From the human T2T-CHM13v2.0 reference genome, Homo sapiens, in NCBI RefSeq assembly GCF_009914755.1, contig NC_060942.1: DNA of 64,000 nt. One strand, written 5' to 3'. Positions 47,910-64,000 of the stretch are shown here, one piece after another. Each line of letters starts with the position of its first letter. Position 1 is the first letter of the stretch. The position numbers and the translations under genes are program-made. The notes below the pieces were generated by a model. It was not told where the DNA came from, ran no database searches, and saw nothing but the letters and a program-made list of their open reading frames with translations.

Positions 47910-49610
47910 CAATATACTTCTGCAGAATTAGACAAAGAGGGAATACTTTCTAACTCATTTTCAAATCTTGATACCTGAACCTTTCAAGAAAAAGAGAGGA
48001 AAAAACATTATAGTCCAATCTTGATCAAAAACCTAAATGTCAAAATTATAAAGAAAATGTTAATGAACGGAAACTGGCAGTACATTTTAAAAGATGCTAA
48101 AGTTGAGTTAAGCTGATAAATGTAAATTTGATTTAATATTAAAAAATAAAATAATATAATTTACCACATTAAAGGATTAATCGAGAAAAATTATGTCTTC
48201 AAGTCAGTAGATATAGAAAAGGCATTTGATAGAATTCAACAACGCACTGATGATTTTTTAAAAATCCTAAACTCCTTTTTAGCAAATTTGAAGTGAAAGA
48301 GGAAAAGTTCTCATCTGATAAGAGGTGTCTACAAAATTGCCCAAGGCAAACCTCATACTAAAACGTAAAGTGTTTTCTTTATAATTAGAAGTAGGACAAA
48401 CACACTTCTTATACCCTCACTTCGTTACTAACATATTAGAGGTCTTGGCTGTTGCTTTATGGCAAGAAAAATCAATAGAAATATGACTATAGAAAAGGAA
48501 GACATTAAATTGATATTTCCCTTTAGTCACAATTGTGTATGGAAAATTTCAGCTGAATGGTATTAGTTTAAATGGGTTACATTATCCTGTGATAATGAAG
48601 ACACATTAAATTCCAGAAATTTAAAATAGTAAAAACCTATCTTCTGTTCACACTACATTCTAACAAAAGTGAATAGGGAATTCCTCACTGAATTCTCTCA
48701 AGGACTGCAGATGATGGTGGCCCAATTGAGACACATGATTTCATCATTATCTTGAGAGTGAGAATGAAAATTAAAATTGATCACCAGCAATTACATTTTT
48801 CCACCCAGAAGTGACAAGTGTAATTTCCACTCACATTTTATTTCACTGACCAAAGCAAGTCAGGAATATGCCTAACATCAAATGGATGAGAAAATGCAGC
48901 CCTCCAGATGGTCCCAGTGACTGGAATATTTGTGAATAATCATAATGGCAAACATTGGAATCTGCAGATCAAATATGATAACTAGTAAAAGTTCAACAAA
49001 GTTACATGATATGAAATATATGTATATATACACACAAAAAGCAATTGCACATTCACTAGAATAAATAGCTAGAAAATATAATTTTAAGACTCTTAATAAT
49101 GTGAATTTGAATAAAATATACAAAGTTCCAGAAATAAATCTAAGATGCAAGACTGAAATGGACAAAAGTATAATACTTTATTAATAAAAATGAAAGAAAA
49201 TTTAAATAAAGATATAATATGCTCCCAGAAGAATCTATACATTTTAATGTTATAACAGTCAATCTAAATTGATCCTTATGTTTGCTTGTTTTCATAAAAT
49301 CAACAAATTCACTCTATAATTTATAGCAGAGAGCAAGGAACAAAGAATTGTTAAGAAAATTAACCAGGTAGAAAGACTTGTCTTATCAAAGAGCACAAAG
49401 TATTAATAGAGCATGAGATTAACACTTAAGCCAAAGCTATAGAATAAGAGCCCTTGAAGGAGCCATAACTATATGGAAAATTCATTTATAAAGTTGCCAA
49501 ACTAGTGTTAAAGATTATTGAGAAAAGCATGGATTCATTAATAAATGATGCTTAAATAATTGGTATCCACTTGGCAAATAAATTAAAATGTGATGCCTAC
49601 CTCAGAGCAT
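47910..49610 (+). mobile_element. Old L1M ORF2 fragment interrupted by an old MaLR-like LTR (~48560-48945, minus)
   Basis: gagggaatactttctaactcatttt, gatatagaaaaggcatttgatagaattcaac and aataaatgatgcttaaataattggtatcc are degenerate ORF2; the insert has ccactcacatttt...gaccaaagcaagtca. Confidence 0.6.
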
Positions 49611-50562
49611 ACATTCCTGGCCTTTCATCCAGGCCCCACACTAACCTGTATCATTCATCCCCCTTTCTTCAACATGCCCTTCTCCCAGGCCATAGAATAT
49701 TAATTATTTTGAGGGAAAAGGTAGGCTTTCTTCTGAAATTGATAAATCAAAATTTTAAAAATTATATTGTTTCTGCCATTAATTTCTACAGTCTGTTTTG
49801 GAAAAATAAAACAAAACAATTACTTTCATTCTCCTCTTTTCTAGCTGTGACATATATCTGTAGAGTAGGAGAAGGAAAATCATCCATTAACCTATGCATA
49901 CTAGGGTATGGGAAGGCCACAAGTTAAAAAAAAAAATCTTAGAAATGAAAACACATTGGCTGTTATATGCCCAGAAGAAACTGGAGATATAAACACATTT
50001 TGGAAAACTATTATAATATTATAATTTCTATTTTCATGAGGGATGCGGTTCATGCATTGGGCTGAGGGCAGTGGAAATAGGCAAGAATGTATATACTCAA
50101 GTAGTACTATAAAGCAAGGATTGCAGCAATGTCATGTAGGTGGCAGTGGGAGATAGGAACATCGCCAACATTTTAAATTCTGATTGCTGGTAGACTCACC
50201 TCATTAGTGATGCAAATGGGACCTATAGTAGTCATAGGGCAAGTGGTTTTAGTGGTAAAGGTGATGGTAAGTGTTAGAGAACAATATTAAATGCAAACAA
50301 AAGTACCTAATAAATCTTCTGAAAGGTAAGGTTATTATACAGGTTTGAAGTTGCAGTTCAAGAAAAAAAAATCTGTGAAAAAATAGTGATTTAGTTGATT
50401 ACTAAGTTCAGTATATACTGCTCAATTCTAGGCACATATATGAGCCAAGGCTACTGATTCAAATTTTTGGACTCCAAATCCTATGTTTTAATGAAATCTT
50501 TCCTTGTCAACATTGTGGATTATTTACACAAAGTAAATCTGACAGCAATTCTCCATTTTTTC

Positions 50563-50815
50563 CTCCCTTCTGATGTCCCTCCCTCCTGATGTCCCTCCCT
50601 CCTGATGTCCCTCCCTTCTGATGTCCCTCCCTCCTGATGTTCCTCCCTCTCTCCCTCCCTCCCAACCTAACTTCCTTCCTTCTTTCCTTCTTTCCTTCCT
50701 TCCTTCCTTCCTTCCTTCCTTCCTTCCTTCCTTCCCTCCTTCCTTCCTTCCTTCTTTCCTCCCTCCCTCCCTCCCACCTTTACTTCCTTCCTTCTTTCTT
50801 TTCTTTCTCTCTCTC
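50563..50815. repeat. 16-bp tandem repeat (ctccctcctgatgtcc x ~5) followed by a (TTCC)n polypyrimidine tract
   Basis: Direct reading of the sequence. Confidence 0.9.
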
Positions 50816-51497
50816 TGTTTTATTTTAGAATGGAAGGAAAATTCACCTTGGCTGCCTCAGAGGTAATATAAGACTAGGCATAGAGATTTTTTCAATTTTA
50901 CTCACCGTGGAAGCCTGAAAAAGGGGTTGTGATTAAGAGTATTTGTATTATTAAAACATTGTGATTAATAAGAAATAAGTATTACACTTCAATTTATTTA
51001 TTAGATATTTATCCAAACTCTCCTTTGAATAGCTCTTATTACTGTTGAAAGAAAACTTAAACAACAGACGTTTCATCCATAAGACAACCACCAAAATCCC
51101 AGACAAGCAGGAAGACTAAGAAGTGCAGGGAGAGAATATTCTGAAGGTAGATCACAGAGCAGAGTGGAGAGCTGGCAAATTCATTAAGAAACAAAATTAT
51201 GAAATACCTTCTAAGATACTTGGATATAGATGCGAGTTTGTATTATGCCATTCTATCCATGGATTTGTACTTACATGAACTTAAATCATAAGTGGATAAA
51301 ATTATTTTAATTGAACTACTTAGAAAAACATCTATAGCAAAATCAAAAGTAAACTATGTGGTGCATTCCACTTTCCAGGGCACTGTATTATCGTGAAAGC
51401 ATTTTACCTTAAATTATCAAACACATGTTTTATGAATAAGACCCTATAGCACAATGATTGGTCTACTTTGTATAAACATAATGATTTGCTCCCATTC

Positions 51498-51745
51498 TTT
51501 TTTTTTATTATTACACTTTAAGTTTTAGGGTACATGTGCACAACGTGCAGGTTAGTTACATATGTATACATGTGCCATGCTGGTGTGCTGCACCCATTAA
51601 CTCGTCATTTAACATTAGGTATATCTCCTAATGCTATCCCTTCCCCCTCCCCCCACCCCACAACAGGCCCCAGTGTGTGATGTTCCCCTTCCTGTGTCCA
51701 TGTGTTCTCATTGTTCAATTCCCACCTATGAGTGAGAACATGTGG
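51498..51745 (-). mobile_element. Short 3'-end L1PA3/4 fragment
   Basis: Poly(T), ttattacactttaagttttagggtacatgtgcacaacgtgcagg...gagtgagaacatg. Confidence 0.9.
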
Positions 51746-52894
51746 ATTCTTAATACAGAACGAATGTTTTTTTCCTTATGCAATTGATCTTGTTCTTATA
51801 GTGGCTGATTCAAAATATTGGGCCTGTATCTAGGGTATCATTGCACAACAGGAGTCATCCAGTAATAATTTTAAAATGTGCATTTTCTTTGATTTTGTTT
51901 TTCCTAATGTCTAGTTTCAATAACTGAACATTCCTTTAGCTAGCTTTCACTTAATTAAAAATCCTGTAGCAGAGTACTGAATGTGCCCACAAGTAAACCT
52001 CAAGCAGTGCAGATGGCCCCCTCTGCACTCAGAAGCAGAAAAGTAGTCCTCTGAAACAGCTGTGGGCTGGGAGGCTCTGAGTGGGCTCTGCCTTCTGGGA
52101 TGCAAATAAGCAGAGTGTATCTGACTTGAATCTCCAGTGCTCTAACAGTGTATCGCTGTGATAAATATCTTTTCAGCTGCAGGAGTGTTCAAAATTTATT
52201 CTCTGCAGCTATATTTCTTTGCTGAGGTTGTCTGCTATCTGGAATGATGTGTATGCTACACATTGCCCAGAAAGCTGTGACTGCATATATGTAGGTATAG
52301 AGAATGCAGGCGTTGGAGAAAGCAAAGTCAATGATACCACAGATGTTTTCTTAGTTCCCATTTGATCTCCACCAAGAAACTCTAAGATGTGGGGTTAATT
52401 ATACCTTTACTCATTTTTCCTCCAGTCGCTCATATATCAGAATTTGGGAAGATTCTAGCATCCTACAGCTTAATTGTGACCAACCCTTACCTTATCATGT
52501 TGAATAAGCAGTAGATATTGATTGAAACTAAGTACATTCCCATGTATTCCCCTGCCCTCAAATCCAAACGCAAAAAAAATCAAATTACCAAAGGGCGCAG
52601 AACTCAATTCCCTCTTTGTGAGCATGAGGAATCTTGCTGTAAAAGCAAACTGAAAATCAATGACCCCATGATATTCCCAAAGGCCTGTTATAGGAAAAGG
52701 GGTCTCAATCAGAATCAAGACATGCAAAGCACTTTGTGGTACAGTGTCTACATACCAGTGATTGCACTACGTTTTTGGATATCACTTTTAAATTAGTGAG
52801 AAATTACACTAAAGCCAGAGGAGATTGTTCCTATGGTTATTTCATCTTTATATGGGCAAGCTACCACTTTACATATTAGAAAAAAACAAAATCA

Positions 52895-53122
<228 letters not shown>

Positions 53123-53730
53123 ACAAAGAATAATTGTAGATGCTACATGCTGCTCACTACCCAAGTACAGGGACTAAATAACAGCCATTCTCAATCAATT
53201 AACTCCTAGGCTTCTCCTTAATACTCTAATTAACTGACTTTCTGTTATCTGAGTTATTATGCATTGGTAGAAAAGGAGAATTCTTTGGGGCCAAAGAATG
53301 CAAGCAATGTTAACTCTTATCTCATAGAGCATGGCTTTAATATGCTCTGTATAATAAATAATTAAGAAAGTGATAGAAGCAAAATTAATTTTTGGTTTTA
53401 TGGGGCAGAATGTATTCATATCTATAAGAGAAGCTCTTCTGCTGACAGTGATTATTATACTTCATTTAAGAGCCAACAATTTAGTTACAGTATTTATCTA
53501 TCACTTTAATAAGAAAACCAAATCAGCTGTTGTCCCTAATTACAATTACGGTGCTTTTTATTCAAGAACCAAAAACAGATTTTTGTTTTTAAATTGCCTT
53601 TTTTTTAAATGCTTAAGAATGCATTGAAATACAAGTCACTGTGTCAAGATTCAGAGTGGAAATGCAATCAAGATTTATATAGCAAATGAGCAAAGACATA
53701 TAATCATTACAGTTGTAAGAAGAAGACACC

Positions 53731-56473
<2,743 letters not shown>

Positions 56474-56813
56474 AAGAAGAACACACCTTGCTAAATATCA
56501 TATTCTCATTTCATTTATGTATCACATTACAGCTTTGCTTTTCGGAAATTTAAAAACGAGGTGAAAAATCCATGAGCCATTCAAGATGTAAGCAAATTAA
56601 GTAACTATTGTCCAGGACACGGTCTTCACATCTGGGTATAATGAAGCTATCCAGGAAATGCCACTGTGAAAGTAATACTTTATCTTGAATCTAACACAAA
56701 TTTATTATGCAAGAAAATCTTGCTCTACTTCTCTTTTTACATTAAAAAAAAAAAGTTTCACAAAGACATTACATAAAATTCAACTGGTAGATCTCCACTG
56801 AATTATTAAGTTA

Positions 56814-57293
56814 TGTTAAATAAAAATTGTGGAAGACCACTGTTTTGGACTGAGCTCCTGCAATAGACCTTAACAGACCAGACTAAACCAAATTGAAGTC
56901 ACTCAGGCCATATGCCACAAAATAAAACTGAAACTTGAAGGAAGCAGATAGATCTGAAAACAGAACTTTTTCTTTTCCTAAAAATAGAGGATTCCAGAGG
57001 GTTTTCTTTTCCTAAAAATAGAGGATTCCACTGAGTCAGTGTAATAGGATGTCCACTCCACTCTAACCCTTACAAAGAAAGTAACCTGAGCAAACCTGAT
57101 GTTAAGCAATCAGTTAATCAGTTTTTTTCTATTGTTCTGTTTTCTTGTTTCCACCTTAACAAAATCCACAGTTCTGCCATTGTCAAGTGGGTGCTCTCAT
57201 TCAATTTTGTGGAACAGAGACTGCCCAAATTCATGAACTGTGAATAAAAGCCAATTGCATAGATAAGTAAACCTGTAATTTTGTCCTTTGGCA
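56814..57293 (+). mobile_element. ERV1-class solo LTR (subfamily not assigned)
   Basis: TG...CA ends, ~480 bp, gttttggactgagctcctgca...accaaattgaagtcact, AATAAA near the 3' end; near-TSD gtta/gtaa. Confidence 0.65.
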
Positions 57294-58509
57294 GTAAAGA
57301 TTTTCTTAGTGACATCCTTACCACTTAAAGCATATTTCTCAATGGTAGTAGAACTATGAGGTTCTATAGAAAACATCCTTAATTTTCTTCTAGGTCAAAA
57401 ATAAGCTCCTTGGTTAGAGGTACTCCTGACCAATTATTAGATTAGTACATCAGCTCTTAGGATCTCAAGCCCTGCTTATAAATGTTTTCTAATTTTTAAA
57501 AGTTTGTTACAATTGTATTAATTTAGATTTTTAGGTATAAAAATATAAAGTTCAGTTCTAAGAGATGATACAACTCATGAATATATTTTATTTACAAATA
57601 CTAAAAAACTCTACTGAGATTTAAAGCTAAGAACCCCATACATAATCTCCATTTAATAATTAATCAACTACACTGTTTATCTATATTTGGGACCAACTGT
57701 CAGAATGCTGACATCATGGATATCCATGCCTTCTTAGTCAAAAGGAGGGACTCCTAAAAACTGGCAATGTGCAGATGAATATAATTGACCAGAGCACTTG
57801 GTGCTCAGCTTGGGAGGGAAGGAGTATTGGAACCTCATCAGTGGACAAGGGAGTGCTAGAACTCTAGAACACTGACTTGTGACACTTCTGCAGCTGGTGA
57901 GAAAAATAAGCTTGTTTGCAGATTCTACATTACATATAAAGCATACCTATGTATCAGAAAAAGGAGCTACTCTAATGTAATCTCCATACTGGTCCCAAAC
58001 CGGCAACAGCAATGGTTATACAAAGGCAAGAATTCTTAATCTTTGCTTTAGGTTCTGTTGTGAATGCTTAAAAATTGTATACATAATTATGTATGTGTTT
58101 GTGTGTTTGTGTGTGTGTATGTATGGAGAATTAATAGCTTTGATTTGTTTCTCAAAGAAAACTGCCATAATTTTCACAACTATACACCTCTGAATTGAGT
58201 ACAAGTCATTGACACAAAAGCAAACACTTAGCTTTTAATATAATGGAAGGGCCATCACTGGAGGCAGACAGAACTTGTTTTGCTCCATTGGCCCAATGTT
58301 TGTAGGGCTAGAAAACTGCTAATCACTTCAGCTCAGAGAGTGTCCAGCATAGGGGCTGCTAGGAAGTAGGATATCTTTGTGACTATCACAAAAAGGAATA
58401 CTTTTCTCTTCCAGGTTGATGCAACCCACATCAGGCACAGAATGCAGTTCAGCCTCTGTGGTTGTGTGACTTCATGAAGGTGTAGTGTAGCCTACATGCT
58501 TCTTATTAA

Positions 58510-58959
58510 TGTGAACTCTGAAAATTTGAGACAGATCTCAGTTAATTTAGAAAGTTTATTTTGCCAAGGTTGAGGATGCGCATCCATGACACAGCCCCAG
58601 CAAGTCCTGATGACATGTGCCAAAGGTGGTTGGGACACAGCTTGGTTTTATGCATTTTAGGGCGATGTGAGACATCAATCAAGGTATGTAACACATAAAT
58701 TGGTTCCGTCCAGAAAGGCAGGGACAACTTGAAACAGAGAGGGGGCATCCAGGTCACAGGTAGGTGAGAAAAAAGTGGTTGCATTCTTTTGAGTTTTTGA
58801 TAAGCCTTTCCAAAGGAGGCAATAAGAATATGCATCTATCTCAGGGAGTAAAGGGATGACTTTGAATAGAATGGGAGGCAATTTGCCTTGACCAGTCCCC
58901 AGCTTGAATTTTCCCTTTAGCTTAGTAATTTTGGAGGCCCAAGGTATTTGCCTTTCACA
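58510..58959 (-). mobile_element. MER4A-like ERV1 solo LTR
   Basis: tgtgaactctgaaaatttgagacagatctcagttaatttagaaagtttattttgccaaggttgagg...cctttcaca; TG/CA termini. Confidence 0.8.
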
Positions 58960-61589
58960 CTATAACACAGGAATAATTTGTGCAATATACTTTCACTTAT
59001 TATAAGAAATAAGGATTGGGTCCAGTCCTATGCACTGAGGAGGCAGTTGTCTGTCAACAAATCAGACAAAATCTCTGCTCTCTTGGAACTTATATTCTGG
59101 GTGGTGGTAGTTTTTTGGGGGAAAGGAGTGGTAAAGAGGTGATAGTTAATTAAAGATGATATTTAAAGGTATTTAAAAGATATCCTGGAAATGAGACAGA
59201 GAGATAAAGAAAGTGGGAGAGTAGAAAATAAACTATATGATTTATTAGCATTCTCCTTGACATATAATAGGGAATTAAATAGGCTTTTATATATGGAAAT
59301 TGTAATACGGAACATTATTGGGAAAAGGGCATGTTTCAATTCTAGTAAGTTCAAAGTATTCTCATATGCCACTACATTGTAAATGGTTTTCAAATCATTA
59401 AAAGGACACACTGTTTCAAATTACAGCCTACAAACAATTCAAACTGACAGTTTTTACCCTTCATGCTTGCTTCGAAGTCCCCAAGAAAAGATCTGAGGGT
59501 CTAAAGTTAGCTAGCCCCACCATATGAAATGGGACTACAGAAAGGAGGAAGGGACTTGGATTCTAACAAGCCGGCTACCTTCCTCATTCAAACTGACAGC
59601 AGAACCTAGTAGACAAAGGTTTAATGTCTTCTTGTATAAGCAATCTCTGTTGATAAAACATTTGTCTTTGTGGTTAGTCAAGGGGATATTTAATAGAGCT
59701 GTCAATCATTTTTGGAAGAGAAAAGATAAAAAATAAAAAAGGAAGTGCATGGAAGAACTTGTTCATTTTACCCCAAAACCATAATTTCCTTTTTAAGACT
59801 ATGAAATTCCAGCCCCATTGTAGCGAACAGATTTGCCTGTTAGCAACTTGACAGGCTGAGGTGGCTACTCGTTATTTAATTTTCATAACAAAAAAGTGGG
59901 TGAGACTGTCATTACTTTTATTTTCATTTCTTCTAGAAGCTCTAAGAAAAGAAATTCTCCCTGGAGACTCATACAGGGTTAATAAAGCCACAACTTTTCT
60001 ATACTGCTGAGCCACAGCTGCAGAAAAAGAGAGAAAGAAGAAGAAGAAAACAGGTCTGTCCTTGTTAGCTTTCTGTCTTGAAGCCTTAGATGTAACCTGG
60101 CCTCTTCCTGAGAAGGAAGGGAGCATTACTGCACTTACCCTAGCTCATTGAAGATGGAGGTACTGTGCTCACAAAATGAGGCTTTATTACTCTCTCCATT
60201 TGATGTCCAAATCCCAGAGCAACAATAAAATTATGCTTGTAGATGTGCGTGGGTCATTCTGCTGACCTTCTGACTTCCCAGCACAACTGACTGCATTTTT
60301 TCCTGTATAGTAATAAAAATCCTCACCCCATCTACTACTGCAAATATATCCCTTTCAATCCAGAAATTTTAATTTTTATCATAATTATTATCATTTTATA
60401 ATATCTTTAAAACTTCCTAAAATCTGGACTGTCTCAAGCTCTTCCCTGGGGGTTTATTCAATTAGACAATATTTATTGATTGCCTATTATGTGCAAGATA
60501 CTATGAGAGACAGAGAGATAAATATATGTGGTCTGGGGCCTAGAAAAGCTTACAACCTTCTCTTTTGTTCCAAAGTTTCAGAATTCGACCAAAATTGTAA
60601 CAGCCTATTCCCCACAATGGGTGAGGTAGAATACAGTATTAGCCTTATAAAAAATGTAAAGCATATGGTTACATTTTTCTTGTTTATCAAAAAGTATGTC
60701 ATTACAGCTACACTTTTATAAATCAAAAGAATAATTCAGTATTTAAACAAAACCCCATTATTTTGCTATCCCATGCCCACTAATTGGATGCAATGGACCA
60801 TATCGACTTCTCTTGGGAGTTTTAATTTTTCAAACAAATGTATGAAGTCAAATACAAAGTTAAAAGTTTCTGTTTACTGTTAGTTTATTTGGAAGCTAAA
60901 CACAAAAGATTTGCTTCTTCAGTCAACAATGTATACCGAGCCTCTCTAGAGTGCTAGGAACTGTGCAGGCACTGCAGATAGAAAGATGGCAAGCCTTTGA
61001 GGAACTTTCAAGGTGTGTCCATTGAGAGCATTTTTTTTTTCCTGAGATTAAGTTGAAAACACAGAAAACTAACTTAGAATATTCAGGTGTTAGACTTTCT
61101 TTCAAAGCTCTCTCTGGCATAGCCCAAACTTCTCTTTAAATTCTATTTTCAACCATAAGAATTTGCAGACATGCTTCACCCAGATTCAACAACTTGCCAT
61201 TCTCTACCTTTACCAAATGGTCCCACCTTACATTTTTGTGTTTTCTGTCTTCATATCACTGGCTGTTTCCTTTTCCTACATCAGTAGTTCCACAGCCCAT
61301 TCATCTATCAAAGTCCTAATTGATCCCACTCCTCTATAACGTTTTAATATGCATTTTAGTTGGAAATAATTTGTGTATCATGTAATTGTCCATTCTGCTT
61401 TGTCTAAATTTCTTATTAAAATATCCACTTAAAGCATTTAGTAGTGTTATTTGTATGAGTTGTCATCTCTGCTAGATAGTGTACTTTCTCAGGAGAAATT
61501 CAAATCTGATGATTCAGAAGAGCTTCTTGATTTGGAGAACACTCGATAAATATTTCCCAAACCAGTCAATGATAAAAAGTGCAATAAAA

Positions 61590-62161
<572 letters not shown>

Positions 62162-63771
62162 GTTTGTTACTGTAACAATTCTTCACCATTATCATGTATT
62201 ATCCTTGTCATCTTGAACCTATCAAAAGGATATTAACACACTCTATTAATTATCAAAAAATACATGAAACAATGAGAAGTTATAATATATTTTCATATGG
62301 CATATTATCATAAAACAAAGAAAATGACCTTAAATGATTAAATCAATTTAGGGAAAATAAAAGCATGAATCACACATGCAGAAATATACTGAATCATTGA
62401 AAAGATGCATTAAATTCTCACATAAATTCTCAGAAAGTTGGTCTTCACGACAACTGGGCTGAAATTACCCATCCATGTATTTTATTATAAGAAAGCAAGA
62501 GGGCTGATATTAGAGAAATAAAAAGTAACTAAAGGATCGAATAGTTTTTCCCAGTTCAACTAATCATTATCTAATTATTACTTGAAATTAGGAAGGAAAG
62601 CAGAAGGAAGTTCCTTTTCTTTACAAAGATAATGTTTGACATTGACACATAACAGAGAGGTAGAGGGCAAAAGAGGATCTGACCTAGGAGACCAGTATAC
62701 AGTTGATAAGTGCTGTCTGTGAATTTACTCCAATTGCCTTTAGCATTTATATTGGGAGTCTTTATTAATGAATGGGATGCTATTTACTCTACCAACAAAA
62801 GACACTGTGATGGTATTCTCCACAGCCAGAACATAATTCATATGTGTTACAAGGTTCATTGAATTCATATGTGCAATAGCTTCATATAATTGAAATAATG
62901 GAAATTTTAATCTGGTAGGCAATTTCTTACCTGGTGTTTCTTGATATCCTTGTAATTAACACAATTTACTAATATCCTTTGAACAACTCGAGGATGGCAA
63001 TTCTCATTTCTAGTAGGTAGTCTTGGATATGGTTACTAAGTAATGAATGCTGCTGCCATCCACTCTTGTTTTTATTTTTTCAGAAGAAAATGGAAACTCC
63101 TCATGTCTTGCTAGAATAAAATTCAATAGTGTTTTATAAAGGCACAAGCTTAGTTTTTCAGTTTTTATTGGTAATCATCTGTGGTTTGGTCTCTTTGTAG
63201 AAGGCAGTCTCAGCTGGAAGCAAAGGCAGGTTCATCCTGAGAGTTTACCTGCCTGGTCATGTGGGGAGGGCTGTTCATACATGCTTATATAGAAATAGAT
63301 GATGAAGGGCAACCTAAGGGAAAAGCCACTAGAAATGGTTAAAGAAAAAAGAAAGCAGCATTCTGAGAGCAGTATAGTATATAACTCAGGTGATTATGCA
63401 GCAGAAAGCTCTTGAAATCTTATTAGAATTTATTAGGGTGGTAGTAGATGTTTGACAGATTAAAAACCATAATAACGGTCAAAAGAAACCCTGAAATTAC
63501 TGTAAGTTTACAGGACAAGACAATACCACTTCTTAGCACAATGAAAAACTACACAATAAAATGGTGGAAGAGACTTTTCTCTACTTGGTAAAATTATTAG
63601 CTCTGCTTGTAAAGAGCATGAAGGTGGACCATCCTCCACTGGGATCAGGTGAGAAGCCAAGAAAGACATCTCATGCTGGTGCCCTCTTGGTGACTATTAG
63701 GGATACTAGGCACTTAGTATGATAGTTTCGTGTTCATCTTATTTTATAAACTGTCAAACTCTCTCTCTCTC

Positions 63772-64000
<229 letters not shown>

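Overview
Human/hominoid genomic DNA containing the complete coding sequence of synaptotagmin-4 (SYT4) on the minus strand. Four coding exons (7052-7019, 4166-3352, 1604-1484, 420-113) total 1278 nt = 425 aa + stop, with all introns GT-AG and in phase. The promoter/5'UTR carries a strong REST/RE1 site and CRE-like sites. The remaining ~57 kb is gene-free, repeat-rich upstream DNA. It holds three young, directly oriented L1s (a full-length ~L1PA4 at 15694-21857, a twin-primed 5'-inverted ~L1PA2 at 27845-30183 and a 5'-truncated L1PA2/3 at 53731-56473), seven Alus, solo LTRs, DNA transposons (MADE1, MER82, MER58, MER5), old L1M/L2/MIR fragments and simple repeats. The most unusual signal is sequence exchange between the three L1s. 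L1 #1 and #3 share a 497-bp perfectly identical tract, including non-consensus alleles, despite ~4.7% divergence next to it; #2 and #3 share further non-consensus alleles. This suggests local non-allelic gene conversion. Also notable: an extended 158-codon L1 ORF0 frame pointing at SYT4, and two candidate neuronal/neuroendocrine enhancers. I found no evidence of a wholly new gene system. Repeat subfamily calls rest on recalled consensus features and need RepeatMasker confirmation.
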